Virus record (IMG/VR): IMGVR_UViG_3300027851_000016
Span: 27,153 to 91,152 of that record
Source: a virus
Direction: 5' to 3' (one strand)
Length of the DNA: 64,000 nucleotides
The notes under the pieces are model-generated. The model was not told the origin of the DNA, did no database searches, and saw only the letters and a list, made by a program, of their open reading frames with translations. Positions 27,133 to 37,159 of this stretch are shown here, piece after piece. The first letter of the stretch is position 1. Each line of letters opens with the position of its first letter. The position numbers and the translations under genes were made by a program.

Positions 27133-27567
27133 ATGGGACGGTTCTACCGTGATAAGGTCGTTGCTGCGGATGTAGAGTTGGGCGACCGTTCAGCAGGTAC
27201 GCGTGTACCAGCAACGAAGGTCGTTCGAGCGACCCTCGCAGAACTGAACGCTGGGAAGGTCATCGTTCCTGGTGTGGCTGGCAGGCAGATTGTCGTGACC
27301 GATGCCAAGATGCGTGCCATTGGTGGCGCGCTTGGTGCCGTCACGCTCATCCGCCTTGTCGAGTCCACGTCGAGCGGTGTCGTGCTCTCGAACACGCAGG
27401 CGACTGCTACGCAGGACACGTGGCTGAACGCGAACACTGCCAACGCGGTCTCGACCAAGATGGCTGTCGCGCTCACCGCTGGTGAGGGCGTGAAGCTGGA
27501 CAAGACGGGCAACGCGGGTACCGTCGCCACGCACATCGACGTGGTTGTGACGTACTACCTGGCGTAG
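27133..27567 (+). CDS. Probable capsid decoration protein
   Basis: Follows the capsid gene; beta-rich; GAGGAG SD. Confidence 0.6.
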   Translation: MGRFYRDKVVAADVELGDRSAGTRVPATKVVRATLAELNAGKVIVPGVAGRQIVVTDAKMRAIGGALGAVTLIRLVESTSSGVVLSNTQATATQDTWLNANTANAVSTKMAVALTAGEGVKLDKTGNAGTVATHIDVVVTYYLA

Positions 27568-27611
27568 TCATGAAGGCAGTGAACAGTACACAGACTGGGA
27601 GGTAGAGAAGC

Positions 27612-27776
27612 ATGGCTGGTGAAGTTCGGTACAAGAACAAGTCCGACGTACTGCAGGTGCTCTACGATGAGCGTGGCACGAAGCGCGAGGTCATCCCTGG
27701 TGGGACCATCAAGCTGACCAAGGCGCACGCCTCGCGGTTCAGGTTCCTGGTGCCTGTGGTGCAGGAGAAGTCCTAG
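27612..27776 (+). CDS. Small virion-associated protein
   Basis: GGAGG SD; 54 aa. Confidence 0.55.
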   Translation: MAGEVRYKNKSDVLQVLYDERGTKREVIPGGTIKLTKAHASRFRFLVPVVQEKS

Positions 27777-27797
27777 TCGGGACTGGAGGTGTGAACG

Positions 27798-28493
27798 ATG
27801 GCGGACCCCACTGAGGCTGATGTTCGAGCTACTCTGAGGAACAAGCTGGTGGTGCTGCTCGGCAGCAATGGGACTGGTGTGACGACCACGCTGCTGGACT
27901 CAGCCATCGACACAGCACTGGACGACATGTCACGCCTGAAGCCGAAGGTGTCCTACGTAGTCATGGACATGGTGGCTGGTCAGGCGGTGTACACGGTCCC
28001 CACTGGAACGTACAAGGTGCTCGACGTTGTGTTCCCTGACCTTGGTGGACTCGCGGAGTCGGAGCTGGCCTACATCCAGTCGTACTCGCCTGGTGCGACC
28101 GCCCCGATGAATCACTCGTTGGCCATCATCGAGGCGCAGATGTGGGAGCAGTTCCAGAACCTGTACGGATTCGACTGGGAGTACAACGCGGACGCTGGTA
28201 CTGTCACCGTCATGCCGACACCGACCACGTCTGGCAAGATGGCTCTGAAGGTATCTGTACTGCGCACCCTGCTAGACCTGCCCGTTAGCATGAGCAAGGC
28301 TGCTGAAAGTCTTGCTCTTGCTGCGGTGCTCTCCGACATGACTGCCTCAGTAGGCGGAGGTATAACGTCCGTGCCAATCGGCATCGGCAGTGTGTCGTTC
28401 GACCCGTCACGTCTTGTGGTACAAGCCGAGCGCCTGCGTAAGGAAGCGTATTCGAAGCTCGGGTTGGGTGGCGGGCAGGTGATAGTAGGATGA
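27798..28493 (+). CDS. Head-tail adaptor/neck protein
   Basis: Synteny; GGAGGTG SD. Confidence 0.6.
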   Translation: MADPTEADVRATLRNKLVVLLGSNGTGVTTTLLDSAIDTALDDMSRLKPKVSYVVMDMVAGQAVYTVPTGTYKVLDVVFPDLGGLAESELAYIQSYSPGATAPMNHSLAIIEAQMWEQFQNLYGFDWEYNADAGTVTVMPTPTTSGKMALKVSVLRTLLDLPVSMSKAAESLALAAVLSDMTASVGGGITSVPIGIGSVSFDPSRLVVQAERLRKEAYSKLGLGGGQVIVG

Positions 28494-28747
28494 GTGATGA
28501 AGGTATCTTCAGTGGTCCGCTTCCGAAGGGCATGCAACTACCCGTCCCCGAGGTGGATGTGTTCGACCAAGCCGCTGAATCGGTGCTGTCGAGTTCCGAT
28601 GTCAACTACGCGAAGTTGATTCGTGACGCACTTGGCTCCGTCACTGAGGTAGACCTGGTGGTCAGCGGTCTCGGCACGAGTGAGGCTCTTGGTGCGCACC
28701 CTGTTGTGCAGCTTGAAGTCATCGTCATGCCGAGGGCCGAATCGTGA
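28490..28747 (+). CDS. Hypothetical protein
   Basis: Coupled ORF. Confidence 0.55.
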   Translation: MSDEGIFSGPLPKGMQLPVPEVDVFDQAAESVLSSSDVNYAKLIRDALGSVTEVDLVVSGLGTSEALGAHPVVQLEVIVMPRAES

Positions 28748-29130
28748 GCATCAGTCAGAAGCAGAAGTATGCGGTAGACGTAGCCATCGCAGCCAATCCG
28801 ACGGTTGTCGAGATTGTGCGCACGGAGTACCGAGAGGCTGATGGTGCGCGTGCGAAGACGGTGACCAGCATCCCGCCGCAGACGTTCCTGCTGTTCCCAG
28901 CATCTGCTAGCTCCTCGCGTGTAGGTTCTGGCGACAATGCGTCTCCGAAGGGTGATGTGTCTGCCTGGGGAGCACTTGCACCGAGTACCGCGAACGTCAT
29001 GTGGGGTGCATTCGTCACAGATGTGCTCACGGCTGCTGGTCTTGGTTCATTCGAGGTCGTCAGTGGAAGACCGCTGATGGTCGGCACAGACATCAACGGG
29101 TATCAGCTCGTCCTGAAGAGGGTGGGCTGA
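28744..29130 (+). CDS. Head closure/stopper-like protein
   Basis: Synteny and size. Confidence 0.55.
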   Translation: MSISQKQKYAVDVAIAANPTVVEIVRTEYREADGARAKTVTSIPPQTFLLFPASASSSRVGSGDNASPKGDVSAWGALAPSTANVMWGAFVTDVLTAAGLGSFEVVSGRPLMVGTDINGYQLVLKRVG

Positions 29131-29477
29131 TGTCTGGTCTGCACGGGACACAGCAGGTACTGGCAGCGCTTGAGCGCTGGCACGTCGGGCGCGTCGCCAA
29201 GGCTTCGGCTGTGTGTAAGACAGTCATCGAGCCGATGATTGAGAAGAGGGCCAAGGCGAATGCACCTTGGACGGACAGGACGGGGGATGCGCGGCGGCTG
29301 TTGCACGCTGAGACCCTCGTATCCGCATCTGAAGTGGTCGTTCGTCTGCACCACGGTGTGTACTACGGCCTGTTCCTTGAGGTCAGTCACGCTGGTAGGT
29401 TCGCGATTCTCAAGCCGACCCTGGATGACAGTCGTTCGGACATCATGAATGCCCTGCGTGTCGGGCTGAGAAGCTAG
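29130..29477 (+). CDS. Tail completion protein (HK97 gp10-like)
   Basis: AKANAPWTDRTGDARR...HGVYYGLFLE...GRFAILKPT. Confidence 0.75.
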   Translation: MSGLHGTQQVLAALERWHVGRVAKASAVCKTVIEPMIEKRAKANAPWTDRTGDARRLLHAETLVSASEVVVRLHHGVYYGLFLEVSHAGRFAILKPTLDDSRSDIMNALRVGLRS

Positions 29478-29487
29478 GTGGTAGCCG

Positions 29488-29871
29488 ATGCGTTCTGCGA
29501 TTCGACAGCGTCTGCTGAACAGGCTGACCGAGGTTGGGACTCGTGTATACGAGCCACACATGGGTGGGCCGAGTGTCCAGAAGCCCTTCGCTATCGTCAA
29601 GATGGGCGGAGAGACCAAGAGTAGCAGCATGAAGTATGGCTACGACCTGCCCGTCGAGGTCTGGGTGTACACGGACATCACGAGCCATGGCGTAGGTGAT
29701 GCCCTCGTCAGCGAGGTCGTGAACGCGCTGGGTGGTATCGAGTTGACGAGCAGTCTGGGACAGAAGTTCACGCTGCGGTATGCTGGTAGCAGTGGTGACT
29801 TCGAAGACGAGGACTGGGAAGCGCTTACACGCAGAATCGACTTCACCACGGCACGAGTCAGGGAGGGTTAG
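29488..29871 (+). CDS. Tail terminator protein
   Basis: Synteny; KPFAIV and EVWVY pattern. Confidence 0.65.
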   Translation: MRSAIRQRLLNRLTEVGTRVYEPHMGGPSVQKPFAIVKMGGETKSSSMKYGYDLPVEVWVYTDITSHGVGDALVSEVVNALGGIELTSSLGQKFTLRYAGSSGDFEDEDWEALTRRIDFTTARVREG

Positions 29872-29874
29872 AGC

Positions 29875-30129
29875 ATGAAGGCTCAGAAGAATCGAATCGT
29901 GCGGTACGAGGGTGCTGAGTACCGCTTCAAGGCAGGAAAGACAGTACCTGACGACTTCCCGAAGGAAGTCATGGCTGTTGCAGCGCGTGAGGGTGTCATA
30001 GAGCCGAAGAAGCTGACTCGTGCACCCAAGCAGGGCAAGTCCGTGGAGGTCGATAAGACCCCTGCGGTGAAGGACAGCAAGACCTCGGACGAGTCCGTGT
30101 CCGATGAGACCTCTGGAGAGGAGGAGTAG
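29875..30129 (+). CDS. Hypothetical protein
   Basis: ORF with SD. Confidence 0.6.
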   Translation: MKAQKNRIVRYEGAEYRFKAGKTVPDDFPKEVMAVAAREGVIEPKKLTRAPKQGKSVEVDKTPAVKDSKTSDESVSDETSGEEE

Positions 30130-30131
30130 TC

Positions 30132-30953
30132 ATGGCAAGTCAGACCAAGAAGGGCTATCTGCGTGGATGCCGGGGTATCCTCATCACTGAGTTGAACGCA
30201 GATGGCAGCATGCCTGCGTCCCCGACCAAGCTGTGGGTGGACACGGCGCAAGAAGCGTCCATCGAGGCCGAAGTCGTTGAGGGCGAAACCAGTGACCTGC
30301 GCGGCGGGGACCACCTGCTCGTCCAGGTGACGGAGAACGATGTCACCGTGGGTGTGAACGTGGACTTCACCGACGCGAAGTTCGACGCGGCGTTGCTGGA
30401 GATGATTCTCGGTGGTTCCCTGGTGCTCGATGGCGCTGAAATCATCGGGTGGGAGGCTCCGCTGGTCGCTGACCAGACAGCTGCTATCCCGTTCCAGGCC
30501 GAACTGTATGTGCAGTCGTTCAACTCCGAGGGTGGTCGGGAAGCGTACCTGAAGTACAAGTTCCCGTACTGCGTCGGACGTATGAACGGTATCGAGCACA
30601 GCGACCAGGACTGGGGGACACCTGAGTTCTCGCTGAAGGCGCGTGAGAATCCGTCCACTGGTGCGGCTTCGTACCGCCGTGAGTTCGTCACGGGTCTGCC
30701 GCCGAGCATCACGCTGGTCAAGGCTGGTGGTACGTTCACGCTGGCAACGTCGCCCACGGGTATCGTTTCCGCTGGCTCGACTGTCACCGTGCTCATCGAC
30801 AACCTGGAGAATGGCGGAGCGTTCACGTCCATCGCAGTCGAGGACGCTGCTGGTACGCCAGTCTCGACCACTACAGTCACGCTTGGCGAAGAGTACACGT
30901 TCGTCATGCCCGCGACCGATGCGACCGTCACGGTCACCATCACCGTCACGTAG
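30132..30953 (+). CDS. Major tail (tube) protein with C-terminal Ig-like domain
   Basis: Synteny before chaperones and tape measure; C-terminal YTFVMPATDATVTVT. Confidence 0.75.
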   Translation: MASQTKKGYLRGCRGILITELNADGSMPASPTKLWVDTAQEASIEAEVVEGETSDLRGGDHLLVQVTENDVTVGVNVDFTDAKFDAALLEMILGGSLVLDGAEIIGWEAPLVADQTAAIPFQAELYVQSFNSEGGREAYLKYKFPYCVGRMNGIEHSDQDWGTPEFSLKARENPSTGAASYRREFVTGLPPSITLVKAGGTFTLATSPTGIVSAGSTVTVLIDNLENGGAFTSIAVEDAAGTPVSTTTVTLGEEYTFVMPATDATVTVTITVT

Positions 30954-30998
30954 CACCAGGCTGGTTCCGTTCGCTGATAGGACATGTGAGGAGTTGCT

Positions 30999-31316
30999 AT
31001 GGCTCAGCTGATTCACTGCGACAACTGTGGAGTGACCTTCAGTCTGGAGGGTGTGCGGCTGGTCGAGGAACGCCTCGTTGCAAATAGGACAGGGACGTAC
31101 TTTGCCTGCCCCGTGTGTGGCCACAAGTACCCAGTCGGGAGTGTCACCGACAAGGGTGCCGAGTTGCGGACAAAGCTGCAGGAGACGCGCAGCAGGTTCG
31201 GCAAGGCCCGCCCAGGGGCAGGCAAGGTAGCCCTGCAGAAACAGTTCGACCGACTGCTGGTCGAGTACCAGCGCGAGGTCACAGGACCGTACACAGAAGG
31301 AGAGGTACTGCAATGA
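30999..31316 (+). CDS. Zn-ribbon protein
   Basis: CDNC...YFACPVCGHKY. Confidence 0.65.
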   Translation: MAQLIHCDNCGVTFSLEGVRLVEERLVANRTGTYFACPVCGHKYPVGSVTDKGAELRTKLQETRSRFGKARPGAGKVALQKQFDRLLVEYQREVTGPYTEGEVLQ

Positions 31317-31825
31317 GTGACGAGCACACGCTGACACCTGTCGGCGGTTACCAGCCTGCTGGCGACCCGCTGCCAGTCAATCCCCCGCAGGGCAAGAAGA
31401 TGCCCGCTGAGGTAATCAGCGTCGCAGAGCTTCAGGAGAGGGCTGCGGGTACGCCCATCGAGATTCCCGACTGGTTGCCACACAAGACCATCTGGGTGCG
31501 TGTGCGACCCATCGACATGACCCCGCACATGCTCAAGCTGAATGCCCTGCCCAACACGCTGAAGGCAGCGGCAACTGAGGTGTTCCATGGCGAGGCCAGT
31601 GATTCGAAGACCGCTGCGAAGAGGGCACTGGAGGAGACTGGCAGTGACAACATCGAGCTGATGCTTCCGATTCTTGATGGCATCGCTGCGGATGTACTGG
31701 TGCAGCCCTCGTACACGGAGATTCAGGCGCTGCTCCCACTCACCCTGAACCAGAAGATGGCCCTGTTCAAGTTTGCAATGGGGGGACTCGACAGCCTTGA
31801 GTCCTTTCGTTCGGGACTCGGATAG
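31313..31825 (+). CDS. Tail assembly chaperone (G-like)
   Basis: Two genes upstream of the tape measure; ends LESFR. Confidence 0.75.
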   Translation: MSDEHTLTPVGGYQPAGDPLPVNPPQGKKMPAEVISVAELQERAAGTPIEIPDWLPHKTIWVRVRPIDMTPHMLKLNALPNTLKAAATEVFHGEASDSKTAAKRALEETGSDNIELMLPILDGIAADVLVQPSYTEIQALLPLTLNQKMALFKFAMGGLDSLESFRSGLG

Positions 31826-32006
31826 GATGACCGAACTGGTCGGGATTGCCCGCCTGTTCAATGTAAGACCTAGCTCGCTGATACACGGTCTGTCCTCGTG
31901 GGAAGCGTACTGCTTCGACACGGCAGCAGCCGTTTATGTGATAGAACTGGACAAGGGTAGCAAGCCGATAAGGAGCGCGGAAGACGCAAGCACCTGGCTA
32001 CTCTAG
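31806..32006 (+). CDS. Tail assembly chaperone T-like segment, +1 frame
   Basis: Overlapping +1 ORF (RPSSL...EAYCFD) directly before the tape measure. Confidence 0.65.
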   Translation, partial: FVRDSDRMTELVGIARLFNVRPSSLIHGLSSWEAYCFDTAAAVYVIELDKGSKPIRSAEDASTWLL

Positions 32007-32021
32007 GAGAGGAGGCACGGC

Positions 32022-34955
32022 ATGCCGACTGCAGCAGGCTCTCTCGGTACGCTGTACGCCGAGCTTCGTCTCATGCTCGATAAGTTCAATGCTGATGTCG
32101 CTGAGGCCCGACTCAAGATGCAGGGCTTCAGCGACGATGCTGTAAGTGACATCGGGCGCATCAGTCAGGTCGGTGGGTCGCTTCAGAAGGTCGGCACGGC
32201 AATGACACTCGGCCTGACGGTACCCATCGTCGCCATCGGTACGGCTGCGGTGAAGACGGGTATGGAGTTCGACGCGGCCATGTCCCTCGTCCGTGCGGTG
32301 TCCGACGTGACTGGTGCGGAGTTCCAGCAACTGCGTGACCTGGCTATCGAGATGGGCAAGGAGACGAAGTTCTCGGCCCTCGAAGCTGCAGAGGCTATGG
32401 GTGAGCTGGGCAAGCTGGGCTTCACCGCGTCAGAACAGATGTCTGCGCTCCCTGCCACCCTTGCTCTTGCTGCTGCGGGGTCCACAGAACTGAGTGTGGC
32501 TGCTGAGATAGTGGCCAAGACCATGAACGCCTTCGGTGAGTCGGCTGACCAGACGACACGGTACGCCGATGTGTTCGCCAAGGCTGCGGCCATCGGTGCT
32601 CTTGATGTGACCACGATGGGTGAGGCACTGTCCTACGCGGCCCCAGCTGCGGCTGCGATGGGGTACACGCTCGAAGACACGACTGCCATCCTTGCTGTGT
32701 TTGCTGACGCGGGGCAGGACAGCACACGTGCGGGTACCCTGATGGAAGCGATGATGCGTGACCTGAAGGCATCCGCCATCGAAGCTGGTGGCACACTTGA
32801 TGTGTTGAGTGCTTCAGGAGAGCTAGTCAAGGTGGCCATGTACGATGCGGCTGGTGAGACAAGGCCGTTCGTGGACATTCTGGCTGACCTTGAAGTGGCT
32901 ACTGCGGGCATGTCGGACGCGCAGCGGGACGCGGCACTGTCTCAGATTGCGAACACGAAGAGTCTCCGTGGTTTGAACATCCTGCTTGGGAAGGGGTCCG
33001 AGTACCTGGCGAACTACACGGATGCCATCTATGACAGCGAGGGTGCTGGCGATGCCATGGCGAAGACCATGATGGACAACCTCGCTGGTGCGGTGGAGGA
33101 GTTCAAGGGGTCTGTAGAGACTGCCGCCATCGTACTGTCCGACCAACTGACTCCGTTCATCCGTGAAGCAACAGAGTGGTTGAAGAAGTTCTTCGACTGG
33201 TTCATCGAACTGGACGATGGGACGAAGAAGGCCATCGTGGGAGTCTTGCTGTTCATTGCTGCTCTCGGTCCGCTGCTTGTCATTGTCGGTACGTTCCTGA
33301 AGTCGGTCGCGCCAGTCATCACGCTTGTGAATGGTGTGGGTACGGCCCTGGCAGCGATAGGGCCGACAATCGGCGCTGTCGTGGCTGCGTTCCAGGCTGG
33401 TGGACTCGGCGCGGGTCTCGCTTCGATAAGTGCGGCCCTCGGCCCAATCGGGTGGGTGGTCCTGGCGCTGGCGGCTCTTGCAGCTGTGGCTGTGGTCGTC
33501 TGGAAGAACTGGGACAAGGTGAAGGCCGCGTTTGAGGTCGTTGCACAGTGGATGGCACCAGTCATCGCCATGTTCAAGAAGACGGTTGAGACCATGGGTA
33601 CACAGATGGGACCCGTAGTCGAACAACTGAAGAGTGCGTGGGATGCCCTGAAGGACGCGGTCGAGCCGCTCATGCCTGTATTCGAGTTCCTGGGCAAGTT
33701 CATAGGCGGTGTGCTGGTAGTCGCACTCGGCATCCTCATCGGCGTAGTGAATGGCGTGCTGAGTGCGCTGGCACCGCTCGCCAAGGTATTCGCTGGTCTG
33801 GTAGAGGTGATTGCCAATGTCGTGAAGGGCGTGGTTGGACTCGTCAAGGGACTGCTCACTGGCGACTGGAGTATGGTCGCTGAGGCGTGGGAGGGCATCA
33901 AGACTGGCATCGTCAACATCTTCAGTGGTCTGTGGGAGACTGTGAAGGCATTGCTCGGTGGGTTCTGGACGGGCATCGTGACGTTCTTCAAGTCGTTGGT
34001 CCCCGAACTGACGAACTCGATTGGACTGTTCTTCACGGTGACTGTGCCGCAGTGGTTTGCTGACATGTGGACTAAGGTGACTACGTGGGTGAGCACGGGT
34101 ATAGCGAACGTCGTGCTGTTCTTCAGCGAGCTGCCTGCAAAGGTTGGGGTGTTTCTGCTTGACCTGTTCACCGTCCAGATTCCGTACCTGATTGGGTATG
34201 GCATAGGCTGGATGATTCGGACCATCGCTGATGGTATTGTCGCGGTCGTCACATTCTTCATGGAACTGCCCGCGAAGGTTGCGACATGGCTCACAGTCGC
34301 AATCACGAACATCACGACCTGGGCGAAGAATGCACACGATACGCTAGTGACCTGGGTGGGCAATGCCATTGACGCAGTGGTGACGTTCTTCATGAACCTG
34401 CCTGGTCGTGTATGGACCTGGCTGCAGGCAACGATAAGCAAGATTGCTGCTTGGGTGTCCCAGCTTCCTGGGAAGGCACAGGAGGCGGGCACCAGTCTTG
34501 TCGATGGGTTCGTTAACTTCGTGGAGACGCTCCCAGGCAAGATGGTCGGCATCGGCACTGCGGTTGCAAACAAGATAGCTGAGTGGGGAACCGCCTTGTT
34601 CAATAAGGCGAAGTCAGTAGCGTCGAGCATCTGGGAGGGGTTCAAGGACGGGCTTGGTATCCACTCGCCGTCGTATATCGAAGAGGCGATGGACCGCATA
34701 CTCTCGGAGTCTGCGGGGATGCTCGGTGATATGAAGGGCATCTTTGGGCAGATGGGCGACCTGAGCGTACAGCCGAACATCGGACTTGCTAGCGCAGCAT
34801 TCGGTCCTGGTGGTTCAAGCAGTGGGGTGTCCAGCAGTTCAGTGGTGGGTGATACGTTCCACATCGTACTCGATGCGTCGAAGATGCCGAGTGCGGACTT
34901 CGAGGGCCTGTTGGCGAGCCTGCAGATGGCAAAGCAGATGGTTGGGAGTACGTAA
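32022..34955 (+). CDS. Tape measure protein (TP901 family)
   Basis: FDAAMSLVRAV, TKFSALEAAEAM, AGTLM; W/F helical repeats; GIHSPS. Confidence 0.93.
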   Translation: MPTAAGSLGTLYAELRLMLDKFNADVAEARLKMQGFSDDAVSDIGRISQVGGSLQKVGTAMTLGLTVPIVAIGTAAVKTGMEFDAAMSLVRAVSDVTGAEFQQLRDLAIEMGKETKFSALEAAEAMGELGKLGFTASEQMSALPATLALAAAGSTELSVAAEIVAKTMNAFGESADQTTRYADVFAKAAAIGALDVTTMGEALSYAAPAAAAMGYTLEDTTAILAVFADAGQDSTRAGTLMEAMMRDLKASAIEAGGTLDVLSASGELVKVAMYDAAGETRPFVDILADLEVATAGMSDAQRDAALSQIANTKSLRGLNILLGKGSEYLANYTDAIYDSEGAGDAMAKTMMDNLAGAVEEFKGSVETAAIVLSDQLTPFIREATEWLKKFFDWFIELDDGTKKAIVGVLLFIAALGPLLVIVGTFLKSVAPVITLVNGVGTALAAIGPTIGAVVAAFQAGGLGAGLASISAALGPIGWVVLALAALAAVAVVVWKNWDKVKAAFEVVAQWMAPVIAMFKKTVETMGTQMGPVVEQLKSAWDALKDAVEPLMPVFEFLGKFIGGVLVVALGILIGVVNGVLSALAPLAKVFAGLVEVIANVVKGVVGLVKGLLTGDWSMVAEAWEGIKTGIVNIFSGLWETVKALLGGFWTGIVTFFKSLVPELTNSIGLFFTVTVPQWFADMWTKVTTWVSTGIANVVLFFSELPAKVGVFLLDLFTVQIPYLIGYGIGWMIRTIADGIVAVVTFFMELPAKVATWLTVAITNITTWAKNAHDTLVTWVGNAIDAVVTFFMNLPGRVWTWLQATISKIAAWVSQLPGKAQEAGTSLVDGFVNFVETLPGKMVGIGTAVANKIAEWGTALFNKAKSVASSIWEGFKDGLGIHSPSYIEEAMDRILSESAGMLGDMKGIFGQMGDLSVQPNIGLASAAFGPGGSSSGVSSSSVVGDTFHIVLDASKMPSADFEGLLASLQMAKQMVGST

Positions 34956-37141
34956 TGGCTACCTGGGGCGCATGGTCACCGAACTCGACCACGACCAAGC
35001 GGATGCGTTTGGGCATGGACTTCTGGTACACGGGGGACCCCGCTGCTGGCTATGTGACAGTCCACAAGATTCTGTATGCGGAGTGCTACTACCGCATCAG
35101 TGACACGTCGAACAGTTCAAGCATCAGCGGGACGGCGGGGTCACACTCTGGGTCGCTGTCGTACGTGTTTCCTGCCGACTACACGACGATTACCGTTTGG
35201 GCCGAGCACACTGAGAATGTAGCGGTAGCCTACGGTAGCACGACGTACGTCTCGGCTGCTGCGTCCGTGAGTGGTATCGACTACATCGGCTCGTCGTACA
35301 CCGTTAGCGTGTCCGTCGGCTTGACGCTCCCTGCACGTCCGTACTCAGCGCCCACTGCCCCGACTATCGGGACGAACACGCGTAACAGTGACGTGTCGAA
35401 CACGATTGGGTGGACGAACAACGCGACGACAGCAGCCCCGTACACGAACCTGTATGTCGAGCGAAGCACCGATGGCGGGTCATACTCACAGGTAGCCTCG
35501 CTTGCTGGGAGTGCGACCTCGTACAACGACACGACGACGACGAGCAACCACTCGTACAAGTACCGTGTGCGGGCATCGAACTCGGCTGGGTACAGTTCGT
35601 ACTCGTCCGAATCTGGGGTCACGTACAACACGCCTGCCGCCCCGACGAACTGTGTTGCGACCAAGACAGGGGATACGCAGGTGTCCGTGACCTGCACGGA
35701 CAACTCGAACACGGAGACTGGGTTCACGTGGGAGCACACGACGAACGGCGGGGCCTCGTGGAGCAGCACTGGCACGACAGGTGCAGGTGTCACCACGATA
35801 GTCCACGACCCCGCACCGAGCGGGACTGTCGCGTACCGCGTCAAGGCCACCCGTAGTACGCTTGTGTCTGCATGGTCGGCCACGTCGAACAGTGTGACCA
35901 CGACACAGGCACCTGCTGCACCGACCGTCGCAGCATGGAGTGCGTATTCGCACACGGGAACGACGAAGCGGGTCAGCTGGACGCACAACTCGCTCGATGG
36001 CTCCAGCCAGACGGCAGCGACCATCGTGTACACGCGGGACGGCGTGGAGACGACGTATGCCCTGAGCGGCTCGCAGGCGTACTACGACATCCCGATTACT
36101 GGCTACGCTGCTGCCAAGGTGATAACCGCGAAGGTGCGTACGAAGGGCCTGCATGCTGATTATGGTCCGTACTCAGCCGTGCAGTCCACGACACTGGCTG
36201 ACGAGCCGCAAGCGACGATTACGACTCCAGCAGTCGATGCTACTGTCGTGACCGACGTGCCGCTGGTGGTGGCATGGACGTACACAGATGCGTTGCCACA
36301 GTCGTCGTTCGCACTGGCTCTGTACCGTGACGGTCTGCTCGTCCACACGTGGACGGGGACCTCTGGTACTGCGCAGTCGATACCTGTGCAATACCTGACA
36401 AATGACTCGTCGTTCAGTGTCAGTCTGATGGTCAGGAATGCTGCTGGATTCGAGGCGACCGTGGTGCGGACGTTCTCGACCGACTACGTTGCACCGACCG
36501 TACCTGAAGTGTATGCGACGTGGGATGTGGATATGCTTGCAGCGCAGGTAGTCGGGTACGAGGGTGAGCTGGGTGCACTCCCGATGACAGACCACCTCGC
36601 GCTATGGCGGCTGGACACAGCAGATGATGGCACCGTCGAGACAGAGGTGCTCGCGGACCCGTATACGAATGCGAGCACGTTCATCGACTACGTACCTCGA
36701 TTGAACCAATCGGTGACGTACCGCTGCGTTGCTTTTGCGGCGAACGGTGCGTACTCGTATGCAGACGTTGCGGTGACGACTACGGCGAATGGGTACTTCG
36801 CAGTGAACTTCGGTGATGGGGATGGAGACCTGCTGCGGTTGAAGTGGAACCCGAAGCGTACGCTCAAGGCATCGGATGATTCAGAGGTGATGACGTTCGC
36901 TGGTCGTGAACTGCCTGTCGTCTACGCGGGCGAGCATACAGCGCACGAAGTGTCCTTTGCTGTGGCGACGACTGCTGTTTCGGACATCGTCAAGTTCAGG
37001 CAGTTGAAGGCATGGCGACGTGCGACGGTCTGGCGCGACATCCATGGACAGCGTATGAATGTGAAGTGGACCTCGCTGCAGGAGGGTGATGACCACACAG
37101 CAGTGCGGACCCTTGGCTTTGAAGGTACTGTGGTTGAGTAA
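34955..37141 (+). CDS. Minor tail protein with fibronectin type III repeats
   Basis: YKYRVRASNSAGYSSYS, PAAPTN, AYRVKA. Confidence 0.8.
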   Translation: MATWGAWSPNSTTTKRMRLGMDFWYTGDPAAGYVTVHKILYAECYYRISDTSNSSSISGTAGSHSGSLSYVFPADYTTITVWAEHTENVAVAYGSTTYVSAAASVSGIDYIGSSYTVSVSVGLTLPARPYSAPTAPTIGTNTRNSDVSNTIGWTNNATTAAPYTNLYVERSTDGGSYSQVASLAGSATSYNDTTTTSNHSYKYRVRASNSAGYSSYSSESGVTYNTPAAPTNCVATKTGDTQVSVTCTDNSNTETGFTWEHTTNGGASWSSTGTTGAGVTTIVHDPAPSGTVAYRVKATRSTLVSAWSATSNSVTTTQAPAAPTVAAWSAYSHTGTTKRVSWTHNSLDGSSQTAATIVYTRDGVETTYALSGSQAYYDIPITGYAAAKVITAKVRTKGLHADYGPYSAVQSTTLADEPQATITTPAVDATVVTDVPLVVAWTYTDALPQSSFALALYRDGLLVHTWTGTSGTAQSIPVQYLTNDSSFSVSLMVRNAAGFEATVVRTFSTDYVAPTVPEVYATWDVDMLAAQVVGYEGELGALPMTDHLALWRLDTADDGTVETEVLADPYTNASTFIDYVPRLNQSVTYRCVAFAANGAYSYADVAVTTTANGYFAVNFGDGDGDLLRLKWNPKRTLKASDDSEVMTFAGRELPVVYAGEHTAHEVSFAVATTAVSDIVKFRQLKAWRRATVWRDIHGQRMNVKWTSLQEGDDHTAVRTLGFEGTVVE

Positions 37142-37159
37142 CAGTCTGAAGGAGGAGAA

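Noticed and set aside
31780-31786. G_GGG_GGA as a -1 slippery site
   Set aside because: The -1 frame stops after ACT CGA CAG CCT TGA.
1937-34864. Many long minus-strand ORFs (e.g. 1937-3697, 14090-15616, 25664-27214, 33029-34864)
   Set aside because: Antisense shadows of GC-rich + strand genes, with no motifs or SD.
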